Below are positions 28,931 through 39,284 of a DNA stretch of 64,000 nucleotides, piece after piece. Location: positions 56,978 to 120,977 of the forward strand of contig OZ251448.1 in NCBI GenBank assembly GCA_965242515.1, written 5' to 3'. This DNA comes from Bdellovibrionales bacterium (GTDB lineage Bacteria; Bdellovibrionota; Bdellovibrionia; Bdellovibrionales; UBA1609). The notes beneath the pieces are model-generated. The model was not told where the DNA came from. It searched no databases and worked only from the letters and a program-made list of their open reading frames with translations. How positions within the stretch are numbered: the first letter of the stretch is position 1; each line of letters begins with the position of its first letter. Both the position numbers and the translations under genes were made by a program.

Positions 28931-29422
28931 ATGAAAGTGGAAGAATTACCCAGAGGGAAAGTCAATGAGCAGTTACTTGTACCGCAAGCCAAATTAACAG
29001 AAGATAACTTAAAGTCTTTATTAAGGAGTATGAATTTAAAGGTAACTGCACAGAGGTTATTTATTTTAAAAGCCTTAAGTAAGGGACCTAAAACACATGT
29101 GACGGCGAAAGAGTTATTTGAGAGGGTGCGTACTCGTTATACTAACTTAGGTTTTGCCACAGTGTATCGGTTTTTAAAGGTAACCGCTCAATTTGGTGTT
29201 ACATCGGAGTTACGGATTGCCAGAGCACCTGCTCGTTATGAGTTAAAAACCAAACAGCACCATCATCACATTATATGCACTCGATGTGGTAAGATTATTG
29301 AATTTCAAAGCGATTTAATAGAAGAGCAAATTGTAAAAATCAGTAAGGAGAAGAACTTTTTAATGGAACATCATATTTTTGAGCTATATGGTAGGTGTTC
29401 TAGGTCGGGGTGTCGCACTTAA
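28931..29422 (+). CDS. Fur family transcriptional regulator
   Basis: TAQR, ATVYRFL, HHHHIICTRCGKIIEF, YGRC. Confidence 0.94.
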   Translation: MKVEELPRGKVNEQLLVPQAKLTEDNLKSLLRSMNLKVTAQRLFILKALSKGPKTHVTAKELFERVRTRYTNLGFATVYRFLKVTAQFGVTSELRIARAPARYELKTKQHHHHIICTRCGKIIEFQSDLIEEQIVKISKEKNFLMEHHIFELYGRCSRSGCRT

Positions 29423-29653
29423 GATGAGGAGGGGGGTTTGGTAGCTCTGCGATGAGTGTGGTTTGAGAGGGGGGGGGTAATAGGTAGTTTAATAGGTGTT
29501 TTTAGTGCTTGTTTTTAAGTTTTTAAGAACAATAAGGGGTTCAAAAAGTGGATTTTAAGTAAAAATTTCAGTAAAAAAAGGTGCTTTGTAGTGAAAATTT
29601 ATGGTTTTTTTAAAGAAAGCTCACAGAAAACTTAAGAAAAACTAAAAAAACTT

Positions 29654-29680
29654 TAAAAATCCCGTTTTTTTTGCCGATAA
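29654..29680 (+). promoter_or_regulatory. Sigma-28 (FliA)-type promoter
   Basis: Exact TAAA-N15-GCCGATAA, 12 nt upstream of ATG 29693. Confidence 0.75.
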
Positions 29681-29692
29681 CATTTTTAGCTT

Positions 29693-30574
29693 ATGTTAAA
29701 AAAATATTTTTTATATATTGTCTTATTTTTTAGTTTTTTTGCTTTTGGCAAAAAGTTTGCTACTGATTATGTCAGTTTTGATTTATTAAATAATTGGTAT
29801 TGTTATCCGGAAAGTCATGATTGGATATGTGTCAACAAGTTACAGCCAAAAAAAGCTTCCGAGGCGATGATTATTTTAGTAGCCAAGCAAAAAGGTCCTA
29901 TGGATAGTTTAGATCAGTACATTAAGCATTTAAAGCAGGTAAGGCAGATAAAGGGTGTGCGTGGCAAGCAACAGGTAAAATCTAAGATTTATCATACTAA
30001 GCAGAGGCAGATTAACAATCATCAGTGGATAGATAGTCAACATGAGAGTTCTGAGGTGCCTGATTATTTCACTCGTTATGTCGTCACACTGAAGGGTCAA
30101 ACAGCTGTATTGGTAACATACAGTGTGCATAAAAAGCATTATAAGGAGTATGCAGCTGATTTTGCCAGATCCATTGATAGTTTAAGGGTCAAGGATGTTG
30201 CTGGTAGTTTAGGTGCAGGTGGCAGGGGGCGATCTGGTCAGCTAGGTGTGGGTACGGCTCAGGGCTATATGCAGGGTTTAATTGACGCAGAGGGTGAGTT
30301 AGGTGCAGGTCAGTTTGGTGATTCTGCCAGTGGTGATGATTTACTATCTTCCATTTTATCTTTATTAAAAACACCGAAGGGGATTGTGGGTCTACTGGTA
30401 TTAGTGGCTTTAGGTGGTGGTTTATTTATATTAAAAAGAAAGAAAAAAAGAAGAAGGGGTAGTAGCAGATCTAGTGGTGATGGTGGTGATAGAGGGAGTA
30501 GGTACCGTCGTGCATCCAGAAGGTCATCTTCTCATCGTATAGACCGTAATCGTCGTGGTAGTCGTCATCGTTAA
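29693..30574 (+). CDS. Exported/membrane-anchored hypothetical protein with basic C-terminal tail
   Basis: Signal peptide, Gly-rich linker, TM helix, R/S-rich tail. Confidence 0.85.
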   Translation: MLKKYFLYIVLFFSFFAFGKKFATDYVSFDLLNNWYCYPESHDWICVNKLQPKKASEAMIILVAKQKGPMDSLDQYIKHLKQVRQIKGVRGKQQVKSKIYHTKQRQINNHQWIDSQHESSEVPDYFTRYVVTLKGQTAVLVTYSVHKKHYKEYAADFARSIDSLRVKDVAGSLGAGGRGRSGQLGVGTAQGYMQGLIDAEGELGAGQFGDSASGDDLLSSILSLLKTPKGIVGLLVLVALGGGLFILKRKKKRRRGSSRSSGDGGDRGSRYRRASRRSSSHRIDRNRRGSRHR

Positions 30575-30651
30575 TTATCGCCTGAATGTTTAAAAGCCTG
30601 AATGTTTAAAAGGATGCTTAAAGGATATATGTACTATGAGGAGGTGTTAAG

Positions 30652-30936
30652 ATGATTGAGTGGTGGAGAGCAGATGAAGCTTGGTGGTGGTTTAAAAACA
30701 ACATCATCTTTGCTATGTTATTTTTTTTAATACTATTAACGACTTTAGCTATGACTAATACTCATCGTCATAAGCAGCCTCATAAAATGCTTCATCAGGT
30801 ACAATGGCAAGTGCAATGTATGGCTTATAATCAACAAAATATGATTCGGCACCAAAAATGCGTGCAAAAAAACCTGCAAAAATGCCCCCTTCCACCTTTT
30901 AAAAACTGCTCTTTGCCCCATAAGTTGAAACATTAA
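30652..30936 (+). CDS. Small membrane hypothetical protein
   Basis: SD gaggagg; one TM segment; Cys-containing C-terminus. Confidence 0.55.
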   Translation: MIEWWRADEAWWWFKNNIIFAMLFFLILLTTLAMTNTHRHKQPHKMLHQVQWQVQCMAYNQQNMIRHQKCVQKNLQKCPLPPFKNCSLPHKLKH

Positions 30937-31123
30937 CATCTGCTCATTCTATGCGTTAAATTAACGCTATGTGTTAAACTAACGCTATGTATTAATTTTA
31001 AGAGTTTGAGGCTTTTTTACTTACAAAAACAAACTTAAGTCCAGCTATTTTAAAAAACCATGGGCTATTTTGTAGAAAATAAGGTGTTTTATTCAATTTT
31101 TATGCAGTAAGTTAAAAAAAGTT

Positions 31124-31798
31124 TTGGTGATTGAGAAGTTTTGTTGTAGATTTAAGCTTCATAAGATGAAAATTATAAAATTTTTACCATTATTGTTTGT
31201 ATTATGTGCTTGTCAGAATGATGGGATAGTCCCTGGCGAACAGGTGAACACTCAAACTCAGGCTTCTGTTTTAGGCAAAGCTCGTTCTGTTAAATTCCCT
31301 CAAAGCAAAAGAGGACAGAATAATAAGCAGAATAATAAGCAGAATAACCAGAAACAGACTAAACATCAGAAAAACAAATCTTCTTATACTAAAGTTTTTA
31401 CTATTTTGAACAATTTTCATCCGGGTTTTAATGGCGAGCCTATTTACATTCGTTTAGTTTCAAATAAGAAGGATATGGGTTCTTACATTATACCGCCAGC
31501 ACGGTATGGGGACTTGATCTTAGATGATATGGTTATGAGGGATTACAAAGTTGTTTCTGGTTGTATAGATGTGCCGGAAAAGGCTTTTCCTGTATCGGTA
31601 TATATATGTTTACCGGATGGTACTTCTAATAGTGCTCAAAAGTGTGATACTATGAGTCGCGAACCTTTAGCAGAGATAGTCTTGCCTCAACACTATGGGC
31701 TTGCTGGCATTGGGGGTTTAATGACTGTGGAAATAAACCCTGTTTCGCCTTGTTCTCAAGAGTATGAAGATATTATCCGTGATACCAGTTACCTATAA
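31124..31798 (+). CDS. Putative lipoprotein (start probably at MKIIKFL)
   Basis: Lipobox-like LCAC after hydrophobic stretch. Confidence 0.7.
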   Translation: MVIEKFCCRFKLHKMKIIKFLPLLFVLCACQNDGIVPGEQVNTQTQASVLGKARSVKFPQSKRGQNNKQNNKQNNQKQTKHQKNKSSYTKVFTILNNFHPGFNGEPIYIRLVSNKKDMGSYIIPPARYGDLILDDMVMRDYKVVSGCIDVPEKAFPVSVYICLPDGTSNSAQKCDTMSREPLAEIVLPQHYGLAGIGGLMTVEINPVSPCSQEYEDIIRDTSYL

Positions 31799-31812
31799 AA
31801 AGACAATTTTTT

Positions 31813-33219
31813 GTGATTTATCGTCTTGGTCTATTTAATCTTTTTTTATTGGTAAATTGTGTGGTTAGTATGGCTGATCCGAAAGTAGTTTCTTTAAAAA
31901 ACCCAACAAATAACAAAGTTCGTCAAAGTGTTTCTATGGGGTTAGAGGGGATGGATATTTCGTTACCTGTGGAAAAGTATCAGTTAAAAAATGGTTTAAC
32001 AGTGTTATTAAACCCTGATCATCGTATTCCACATATTTATCATTTATTAGTTGTTAAAGTAGGTTCTGTTAACGAGCAAGAGGGCAAAACAGGTTTAGCA
32101 CATTTGTTTGAGCATATTATGTTTCGTGGAACTCGAAAGTTTTCTGACGACGAATATGAACGCAAACTCAGTGTTGTAGGAGCTAGAAACAATGCCTTTA
32201 CATCTCGAGATATGACAGCTTATTTAGTAGATTTACCAAAAAAACATTTAGAAATGGTATTGGATATGGAATCAGACAGGCTACACAATCTTATTATTGA
32301 TAAAGCTACTTTTGAAAAAGAATTAGAGGTGGTTAAAGAAGAAAGGCGTATGCGAACAGACAATGACCCGGGCGATGTTTTTGAACCCATGATGAAATTA
32401 GTCTATCCCAAACATGCTTATAGTAGACCTATCTTAGGGTGGATGCAGGATTTAGAAAAAATGAAAGTACCAACTTTACAAAAATTTTATAAAACTCATT
32501 ATGCACCTAATAATGCTATATTAGTTTTAGCAGGTGATTTTAACTCTAAGACAGCTAAAAAACTTATTCAAAAATACTATGGTCCACTTAAACCTTTTAC
32601 TTTAAAAAAAGCCAGACCAAAACCTAAAAAAAACCCCTTACCCCCTGCTAATAAACGGACAGTAACACATAAAAGGGCGGTGCAAGCTCCTACTGTTGCT
32701 TTTGCTTGGAGAGCTCCTCCAGCGGGTTCCCCTCATTCATATAACTTAGATATTATCAGTCTTATTTTAGCGGGAGGTAAGTCTGGTCGCCTGCAACAAC
32801 TGCTAGTGTATCAAAAGCGTATAGCGTTATCTGTTAGTAGTTTTTATTACGATCTTAAAGAAAAATCAGTATTTTTTATTATCGTACGGCTTGCTCCAAG
32901 GGCTTCTGTATCAAAAGTTAAGAGTTTAGTTTTAAATGAGATAAAAAAAATACGGTCTTTACCAGTTAGTGATAAAGAGCTTTTAAAAAGCAAACGGGCC
33001 ATTATGCATCACTTTATTTCTCTCGTAAAAAGCTTAGAAGGTAAAGCTCATGCATTAGGTGAGACAGAAATGTTGTATGGAGATTACACTAGGTTTTTAA
33101 AAGACCTACAAAGGTACCATGCTATAAAAGTAAATGATATTAAAAAAGCTGCTTTAGAACATTTATCTCAAAAAGAGGTTTTTACTGTGGATCTTATACC
33201 TTCTAAAAAAGCATTATGA
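31813..33219 (+). CDS. M16 family zinc peptidase, catalytic subunit
   Basis: GLAHLFEHIMFRGT (HXXEH), NAFTS, EVVKEERR. Confidence 0.94.
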   Translation: MIYRLGLFNLFLLVNCVVSMADPKVVSLKNPTNNKVRQSVSMGLEGMDISLPVEKYQLKNGLTVLLNPDHRIPHIYHLLVVKVGSVNEQEGKTGLAHLFEHIMFRGTRKFSDDEYERKLSVVGARNNAFTSRDMTAYLVDLPKKHLEMVLDMESDRLHNLIIDKATFEKELEVVKEERRMRTDNDPGDVFEPMMKLVYPKHAYSRPILGWMQDLEKMKVPTLQKFYKTHYAPNNAILVLAGDFNSKTAKKLIQKYYGPLKPFTLKKARPKPKKNPLPPANKRTVTHKRAVQAPTVAFAWRAPPAGSPHSYNLDIISLILAGGKSGRLQQLLVYQKRIALSVSSFYYDLKEKSVFFIIVRLAPRASVSKVKSLVLNEIKKIRSLPVSDKELLKSKRAIMHHFISLVKSLEGKAHALGETEMLYGDYTRFLKDLQRYHAIKVNDIKKAALEHLSQKEVFTVDLIPSKKAL

Positions 33220-34658
33220 AACAACTAAAAAAATGGGTTATTATTATATGTCTTATATTAATTGTGATTACTTTAATGGTAATAAATGGAGGATGGATGA
33301 CAACCACTAAAGCAAAAACATATCGTCCACATCCTTTTACATCACAAACTCTTTCTAATGGTTTAGAATTATTATTGGTATCTGACCCCACTTTACCTTA
33401 TATCACTTATGAAGTGTTGTTTAAAGGTGGCACTAAACAAGACCCTGAAGGTAAAGAAGGTGTAATGAGCTTGCTGACTGCTTCTATGGACAAAGGCACT
33501 AAACATCGTACGGCTGTTGAATTAGCAGAGGGTTTAGAGCTTATGGGTAGCTCTTTATCTGTAGAATTAGATGAGGATTATGTGTCTTTTTCTGTATCGT
33601 CTTTATCTTGGTTAAGTGAGCAGGTTTTAAAAGTATTTTCTGAAATGATGACTCAAGTGGTATTTAAAGAGCAAGAATTTGAACGCTCCAGAAAAAAAGC
33701 TATTGGCAATGTGAAGCGAAGTAGCGAAAATTTTTCTTATTACACACATCGTGTTTTTAATAAGTATGTGTTTGGCAACCATCCTTATAGTTTTTACCCT
33801 CATGGGGATTTAAAAAGTCTCAAAAGTATTACATTAGAGGATGTTAAACAGATGTACAAGCAAGCTTTTAATCCGAGTAAAGCAGTGTTAGGTGTGAGTG
33901 GCAGACTTCCTAAAAACATTGTAGAGCAGTTAGAAAAAGCTTTTGGTACTTGGGGACAAGGGGACTCTCAAGCAAAAAAAAATACTACTTTAAATAAAAA
34001 TATCAGTACCACTAAAAATGTTACTCATGAAGAAAAAAAATTACTGTTAGTGGATCATCCATCAGCCGTTCAGTCAGAACTTAGAATGGGGCATATTAGT
34101 GTGCCTTCATCTCATCCAGATTATTTAGCTTTAAAAACGGCTAATGTGATTTTAGGAGGGTCTGGTATGACTTCTCATTTAATGCAACGGGTGCGTGTGC
34201 AGAAAGGCTTAACTTATGGTGTGATGTCGTATTTTGATGCTAAACAAATATCAGGCTTGTTTTTAATTAGTATGGCAACTCGTAATACCCGTGTTGGTTA
34301 TGCTTTGTTGGAAATTCAATCCGTACTAGATGCTTTTTATAAAAGTGGTATTACTAAAAATGAACTAAAGGAAGCTCAAGTGCAATTAACTACTCGCTTT
34401 ATTAGACGTACTGCTGATGTAGAAAACTTTACACATTATTTAATGTACTTAAATAGTCAAAATTTAAGTTATCGTTTTGCAGAAGAATATTTATACAATA
34501 TCAACTCTTTAAATGTTAAAAAAGTGAACAAAGCTGTGCGTCAACATTTACATACTGATAAGATGAAAATTTTAGTGTTTTCTCGTAAGAACGAAGTAGA
34601 GCAACAACTACAAGACTATCAACCGCTGATGATTAAAAACTATAAAGATTTTTTATAG
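33216..34658 (+). CDS. M16 family peptidase, non-catalytic partner
   Basis: LSNGL, ILGGSGMTSHLMQRVRVQKGLTYG; no HXXEH. Confidence 0.9.
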   Translation: MKQLKKWVIIICLILIVITLMVINGGWMTTTKAKTYRPHPFTSQTLSNGLELLLVSDPTLPYITYEVLFKGGTKQDPEGKEGVMSLLTASMDKGTKHRTAVELAEGLELMGSSLSVELDEDYVSFSVSSLSWLSEQVLKVFSEMMTQVVFKEQEFERSRKKAIGNVKRSSENFSYYTHRVFNKYVFGNHPYSFYPHGDLKSLKSITLEDVKQMYKQAFNPSKAVLGVSGRLPKNIVEQLEKAFGTWGQGDSQAKKNTTLNKNISTTKNVTHEEKKLLLVDHPSAVQSELRMGHISVPSSHPDYLALKTANVILGGSGMTSHLMQRVRVQKGLTYGVMSYFDAKQISGLFLISMATRNTRVGYALLEIQSVLDAFYKSGITKNELKEAQVQLTTRFIRRTADVENFTHYLMYLNSQNLSYRFAEEYLYNINSLNVKKVNKAVRQHLHTDKMKILVFSRKNEVEQQLQDYQPLMIKNYKDFL

Positions 34659-37600
34659 TTTTTTGGTAGTTTATGAGATAGTTTATCAGATAATTTATGA
34701 GTGCATTCTTGAATAATAGCATACACACAGGGTGTCCATATTAGTGTAAGTAAAGTGCCACTAATAAGCCCCCAAGTGAGAGATAAAGTAATAGCAATGA
34801 GTGTGGAATCGTACCCGCCATAAGCTGTAGGCAGTAAGCCAAAAACAGTGGTAGCTGTCGTCATTAAAATAGGGCGAAGCCGTCTCATACTGGCTAACAC
34901 TAAAATGTCCAATAAAGTTTTATCAGGGTATTGTTTTTTTAAATTTTCTATGCAGCTAATGAGAATGATAGAAGAATTAATAACCACACCTGATAGCCCT
35001 ATAGATCCAATAAGGGCGGGAAAAGATAAAGGCTTACCCATGAGTAAAAAAATCCAGCTAATACCAATCCACCCAAAAAGCACATTACTAAGTATTAAAA
35101 AAGACACACTAAAGCTATTAAACATAATAAGTAAAACAATAAATATCGCAAGGGCGGTTAGTAACATAGCTTTCATCAGAGAGCTAATAGATTCTTTAGA
35201 GGTTTCATGTTCTCCTGTTAATTTATAAGATAAAGCAGGGTATTGTTTTTTTATATTTTGAAGGATTTTTTGTATCTGTAGATTAGCTTGCATGCTTGTG
35301 GTTTTAAGAGGGTCAATATTAGCCTTAAAACTTAAAGATGGTTTAAAGTTATAGTGGTTTTTTATTTCTGTACCTTTTTTATTTGGCACCCATTGTGTGA
35401 TATGTTTAAGAGGTATGAGAGGTCCGTTAGAGGAGGGGATAGCAATTTGTTTTAATAATTCCATATTAGAGCGTCCTTCATTATTGTATTTAACTCGTAT
35501 ATAAAATTGCTCTCCGTTTTGTGTCACTTCTCCTGCAATATGCCCTGTCAGTGCTGTTTGCAAAGCTAAGCCAATAGATTGTGTGCTAAGCCCCATGCGA
35601 GATAGTACTTTATTGTTAGATTGTATAACATATTCCGGACCAGTATAAGAGCTGTTATCTCTTGTATGTATCAATCCGTTAACAGTTTGAAGCTTACTTT
35701 TTATTTTTTTAACAGCGGAGGATAATTGTTTCTGACTTTGAGAAGATAGTACAAACTCCACAGCATGTCCTATTTTAGGACCATGGCTTTGCCCCGTGCT
35801 AAATCGCAAAACTTTAAAAGCTTTAATACGATGTAGCTGTTTTAGTTTGTATTTGTAATTTAATTGTTGCACTTTATTGGGCTTTATTTTTACTACTAAT
35901 TGCCCACTACTTTTTATACTGTTCAGTTGGATGTTTGTGTACTGGATGTTGGACTCTCCTAAAATGGGGCGAACTTGTGTCTCCAAGGCTAAAGCTTTTT
36001 GTTTTAATAAAGTAAAGGGAGTGCCTTTGTTCATATTAAAATAAGCTGTGTAAATAGATTTCACTTTATGGTCAAACATAACAAATTTATTTTTAGTAAA
36101 ACCCACATAAAGGCTGATAATTAAAACACTTAATAAAACCACACATGATAAATATTTTTTTTGAATAATTATTGTGATTATTCCCTTCCATTTTTCAAAG
36201 TCAAAAAAAGTGTTTTTTTTGTAAGATACAGGTAATAACATCGTGAAACGCAATCTCGCGGGTAATAAAAAAATAGCTTCTATAAGACTAATAACCAGAG
36301 CAATACTTACAATAATAGGTATGCATTTAATAAACTGCCCCATAACACCTTTAGTAATAAGCATAGGGAAAAAAGCTAAAATAGTGGTAATGGTAGCAGC
36401 TAACATAGGCTTTGCCATTTCTTGCACAGCAAAGACCGCTGATTTTATAGGGGGATGCAGTTGTGACCTATATTGCACATAATTTTCGCTAATAACAATA
36501 GAGTTATCCACAATCATCCCTAAACAAATAATAAAAGCACACATACTGATAGCATTAAAAGTAATACCCATGGTAGATATAACGGCTACTGTTGCTAATA
36601 TACAAAAAGGTAAGCTTAAAGCACTTACAAAGCCAAGATAAGTTGGTAGAGATATTAATAAAATCAATACAACCAATAAAAAGCCTATTATAGCGTTATT
36701 GGTAACAATACTGAGCCTTTTTTTTGAGACAGTGGATTCATCAAACAGTGATTGTATTTGCACTTGGTTGTTAATATTTTTTTTATACTCTGTAATTTTA
36801 TTTTTAATTTGTCGTATAGTTTTTATAGAATCAGTATTTTGTTTTTTCACTACATTGAGTTGCACGGCATTTTTACCATTAACAAAAACAGATGTGGTAA
36901 AATCTGCTTTGGCATCTTTAACAAGGGCTATGTCTTTGAGAAAGATTTGTTTCCCTGAAAAATTAGAACGGATAACAATGTTTTTTAAATCTTCTATATC
37001 ATCTATTTTACCTATAACATAAGTCCAATAGTGTTGTGTAGGGGATAGGATACGCCCTGCTGAAGTGTTGTGGTGCTTTTTAATGGCACTAATAACTTCT
37101 TGAAAATCAATAGACTTTTTGTTGATTTCATAAGGGTCAAGCAGTACCTGAAACTCTCTTTTATGAAAGCCTTTGAGAGTGATATAAGAAACATCAGGTA
37201 GATTTTCTAAAATAGATTTTAACTCATAAGCTTTTTTGTGTATCAATCTTTTGTTTTGATACGAGGTGGAAGGGTTTTTTTGCTTATCTATAACAGCTAT
37301 TTTGATAATAGGTGTGTCGTTAGCTGTGTAATGGCGTACTTGAGGAGGGCTCAGTAACGCTTTCGGTAGTTTAGTGTTTTGGATAGCCCTGTGGATAGCT
37401 GTAATGGTTTTAGCAGTGTCTGTGTTTAAGTCTAAATAAAGTCGTATGGAGCTAGTGTTAGGTTTGGAGATGGAATGGCTTTTTCTGATAGAAGGGATGT
37501 CTTTAAATTTTTGTTCTAATTTGTTTGTGATGTTTTCTTCTATCTCTTTTGCACTACTGCCTGGGTGATGTGTTGTCACATTAACGATAGCATAGTCTAC

Positions 37601-37717
37601 AGGGGGGTAAGTTTCTTTTCGGAGGGTAGATAGCCCTATCACTCCTAATAGGAAGCCACCAATGATAATCATAAAGGTTAGTTTGTAATAGTGAATAAAA
37701 TAGCTAACTAATTTCAT
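34640..37717 (-). CDS. RND efflux transporter (AcrB/AcrD/AcrF family)
   Basis: GMIVDNSIVISEN, GVVINSSI, RRLRPILMTTATTVFGLLP; 1025 aa. Confidence 0.93.
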   Translation of the reverse strand: MKLVSYFIHYYKLTFMIIIGGFLLGVIGLSTLRKETYPPVDYAIVNVTTHHPGSSAKEIEENITNKLEQKFKDIPSIRKSHSISKPNTSSIRLYLDLNTDTAKTITAIHRAIQNTKLPKALLSPPQVRHYTANDTPIIKIAVIDKQKNPSTSYQNKRLIHKKAYELKSILENLPDVSYITLKGFHKREFQVLLDPYEINKKSIDFQEVISAIKKHHNTSAGRILSPTQHYWTYVIGKIDDIEDLKNIVIRSNFSGKQIFLKDIALVKDAKADFTTSVFVNGKNAVQLNVVKKQNTDSIKTIRQIKNKITEYKKNINNQVQIQSLFDESTVSKKRLSIVTNNAIIGFLLVVLILLISLPTYLGFVSALSLPFCILATVAVISTMGITFNAISMCAFIICLGMIVDNSIVISENYVQYRSQLHPPIKSAVFAVQEMAKPMLAATITTILAFFPMLITKGVMGQFIKCIPIIVSIALVISLIEAIFLLPARLRFTMLLPVSYKKNTFFDFEKWKGIITIIIQKKYLSCVVLLSVLIISLYVGFTKNKFVMFDHKVKSIYTAYFNMNKGTPFTLLKQKALALETQVRPILGESNIQYTNIQLNSIKSSGQLVVKIKPNKVQQLNYKYKLKQLHRIKAFKVLRFSTGQSHGPKIGHAVEFVLSSQSQKQLSSAVKKIKSKLQTVNGLIHTRDNSSYTGPEYVIQSNNKVLSRMGLSTQSIGLALQTALTGHIAGEVTQNGEQFYIRVKYNNEGRSNMELLKQIAIPSSNGPLIPLKHITQWVPNKKGTEIKNHYNFKPSLSFKANIDPLKTTSMQANLQIQKILQNIKKQYPALSYKLTGEHETSKESISSLMKAMLLTALAIFIVLLIMFNSFSVSFLILSNVLFGWIGISWIFLLMGKPLSFPALIGSIGLSGVVINSSIILISCIENLKKQYPDKTLLDILVLASMRRLRPILMTTATTVFGLLPTAYGGYDSTLIAITLSLTWGLISGTLLTLIWTPCVYAIIQECTHKLSDKLSHKLPKNYKKSL

Positions 37718-37747
37718 AACTATCTTTAATTAAGGAGGACAATTTTT

Positions 37748-38719
37748 TTATTGTAAAGGGGGCTTGGGCAGGTGGCGTAAAGCCTTCTGCCATTCAAATT
37801 GATGGGTGTGTTTATTTAATCTTTCTTGACTATCTGACATAAGTGTTAAAAAATTTAACTGAGGTCTAAATTGTAAATCATTTAATAAAAGTATAGCATG
37901 TTGTTTCACATTGCTATCGTTATTGTTAAGTTCTAATTCGTCATCATTAATGAGTGCTGTGGGTTTTTTAATGTGTCGTTTATCAATTTCTTTAATAATA
38001 TTTTTTAGGTATTGAACGCCAGACTTTCTATAAACACTAAAGCCTTGTAGTGCTTCTAGTGCTATAATACGAAAATAAGTGTTCACGCTATGGTTTAAAG
38101 CAATAGTTTTGAGTGCATCAGCTGGGGTGTCTGTGTGATTTCTAATCCCTAACCGTACCATGGATAAAAGCAGTGGCATAATCATTCGGGTTCGAAAATC
38201 TGCTAACTCTAAATCATTTAATTTGTGTTGTTCTGTTTGTATAAAGTTTGAAAAAACAGATATAACTTTGCCGTCACATAGCTTTATGGATTGACCCTTA
38301 GCATGTGTGGTGTCAGCCACAGCCCATATCATAGCTTCGCGAATGTAGTAATCTTCATTTTTCTTAAAAATAGCAGATAGGAGGTAATCTACTATATCTT
38401 TTGAGCACTGACGATTGTTTTTAGTAACCCAGGTAATAATTTTTTCTCTTAAAAACCACTCCATATCATTGTTAAAATTAGTGACTGCTGGCACTAAACT
38501 TGGTGCAACTTTATTTACTTGACAGTGGCTTGTGATTTTTTCTAATCTTTGCTCTCTGTGGTAAATATCTATTTCAGTATTGCTGATAAACTTTATGGCA
38601 GATGCTATTTTATTTGAACATAGTGCAGGGCTTGCAAAACCCGTAAAAGCAAAGCTTAATATATACAAACATAAGTAAAAATGTATATCAAAATACTTAT
38701 AAAATTTATCAAACAACAT
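37748..38719 (-). CDS. Hypothetical helical protein with N-terminal signal/TM segment
   Basis: 323-aa ORF with SD aaggag. Confidence 0.7.
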   Translation of the reverse strand: MLFDKFYKYFDIHFYLCLYILSFAFTGFASPALCSNKIASAIKFISNTEIDIYHREQRLEKITSHCQVNKVAPSLVPAVTNFNNDMEWFLREKIITWVTKNNRQCSKDIVDYLLSAIFKKNEDYYIREAMIWAVADTTHAKGQSIKLCDGKVISVFSNFIQTEQHKLNDLELADFRTRMIMPLLLSMVRLGIRNHTDTPADALKTIALNHSVNTYFRIIALEALQGFSVYRKSGVQYLKNIIKEIDKRHIKKPTALINDDELELNNNDSNVKQHAILLLNDLQFRPQLNFLTLMSDSQERLNKHTHQFEWQKALRHLPKPPLQ

Positions 38720-38998
38720 CTCATTCTCCTTATTTGTTTATCTTTATTTAATTCTTCTTATTCTTCGTATCTGTTTATCCTTATTTATTTCTTCGTGTCT
38801 CATTACCCTTCTTTAATTCTCCTTCTCCAAGTGTAATAAAAATTTGTAATAAAATCTTGTTTAATAAAAATCTTAACAAATTCTTAAAGCTTTTTTACTT
38901 TTAGCATTTTTTTTTAAAAAAGCAAGTGTTTTTTGTTTGCTTTTTTACTACCTTGTGCTGGCTTTTTTGTGTTGGCTTTTGTTGTGCTTTATGGGAGT

Positions 38999-39283
38999 AT
39001 GGGGGTTATGGATTCTACAAGTAAGAAGCCTGTTGGTGGTGTGACGGATAAGGCTGTTTGTTCGCATTGGTATGTGAGTGATGAGTGTATTGCTTGTGAT
39101 GCTTGTGTTTTGGTAGCTGATAAGCATTTTGCTATAGACGAAAAGTTGGATCGTGCCATTATTTTGCGTCAACCTCAAAACTCTAAAGAAGTAGCCTTGT
39201 GCCAAGAGGCATTAGAAGCCTGCCCTGTAGAGGCCATTCACCACAAACCCATAACAAAAACAAGTGGGGTGGGGGATAAATAG
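38999..39283 (+). CDS. Ferredoxin (single Fe-S cluster type)
   Basis: CIACDAC...ACPVEAI; start at ATG 38999 or 39008. Confidence 0.88.
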   Translation: MGVMDSTSKKPVGGVTDKAVCSHWYVSDECIACDACVLVADKHFAIDEKLDRAIILRQPQNSKEVALCQEALEACPVEAIHHKPITKTSGVGDK

Positions 39284-39284
39284 A

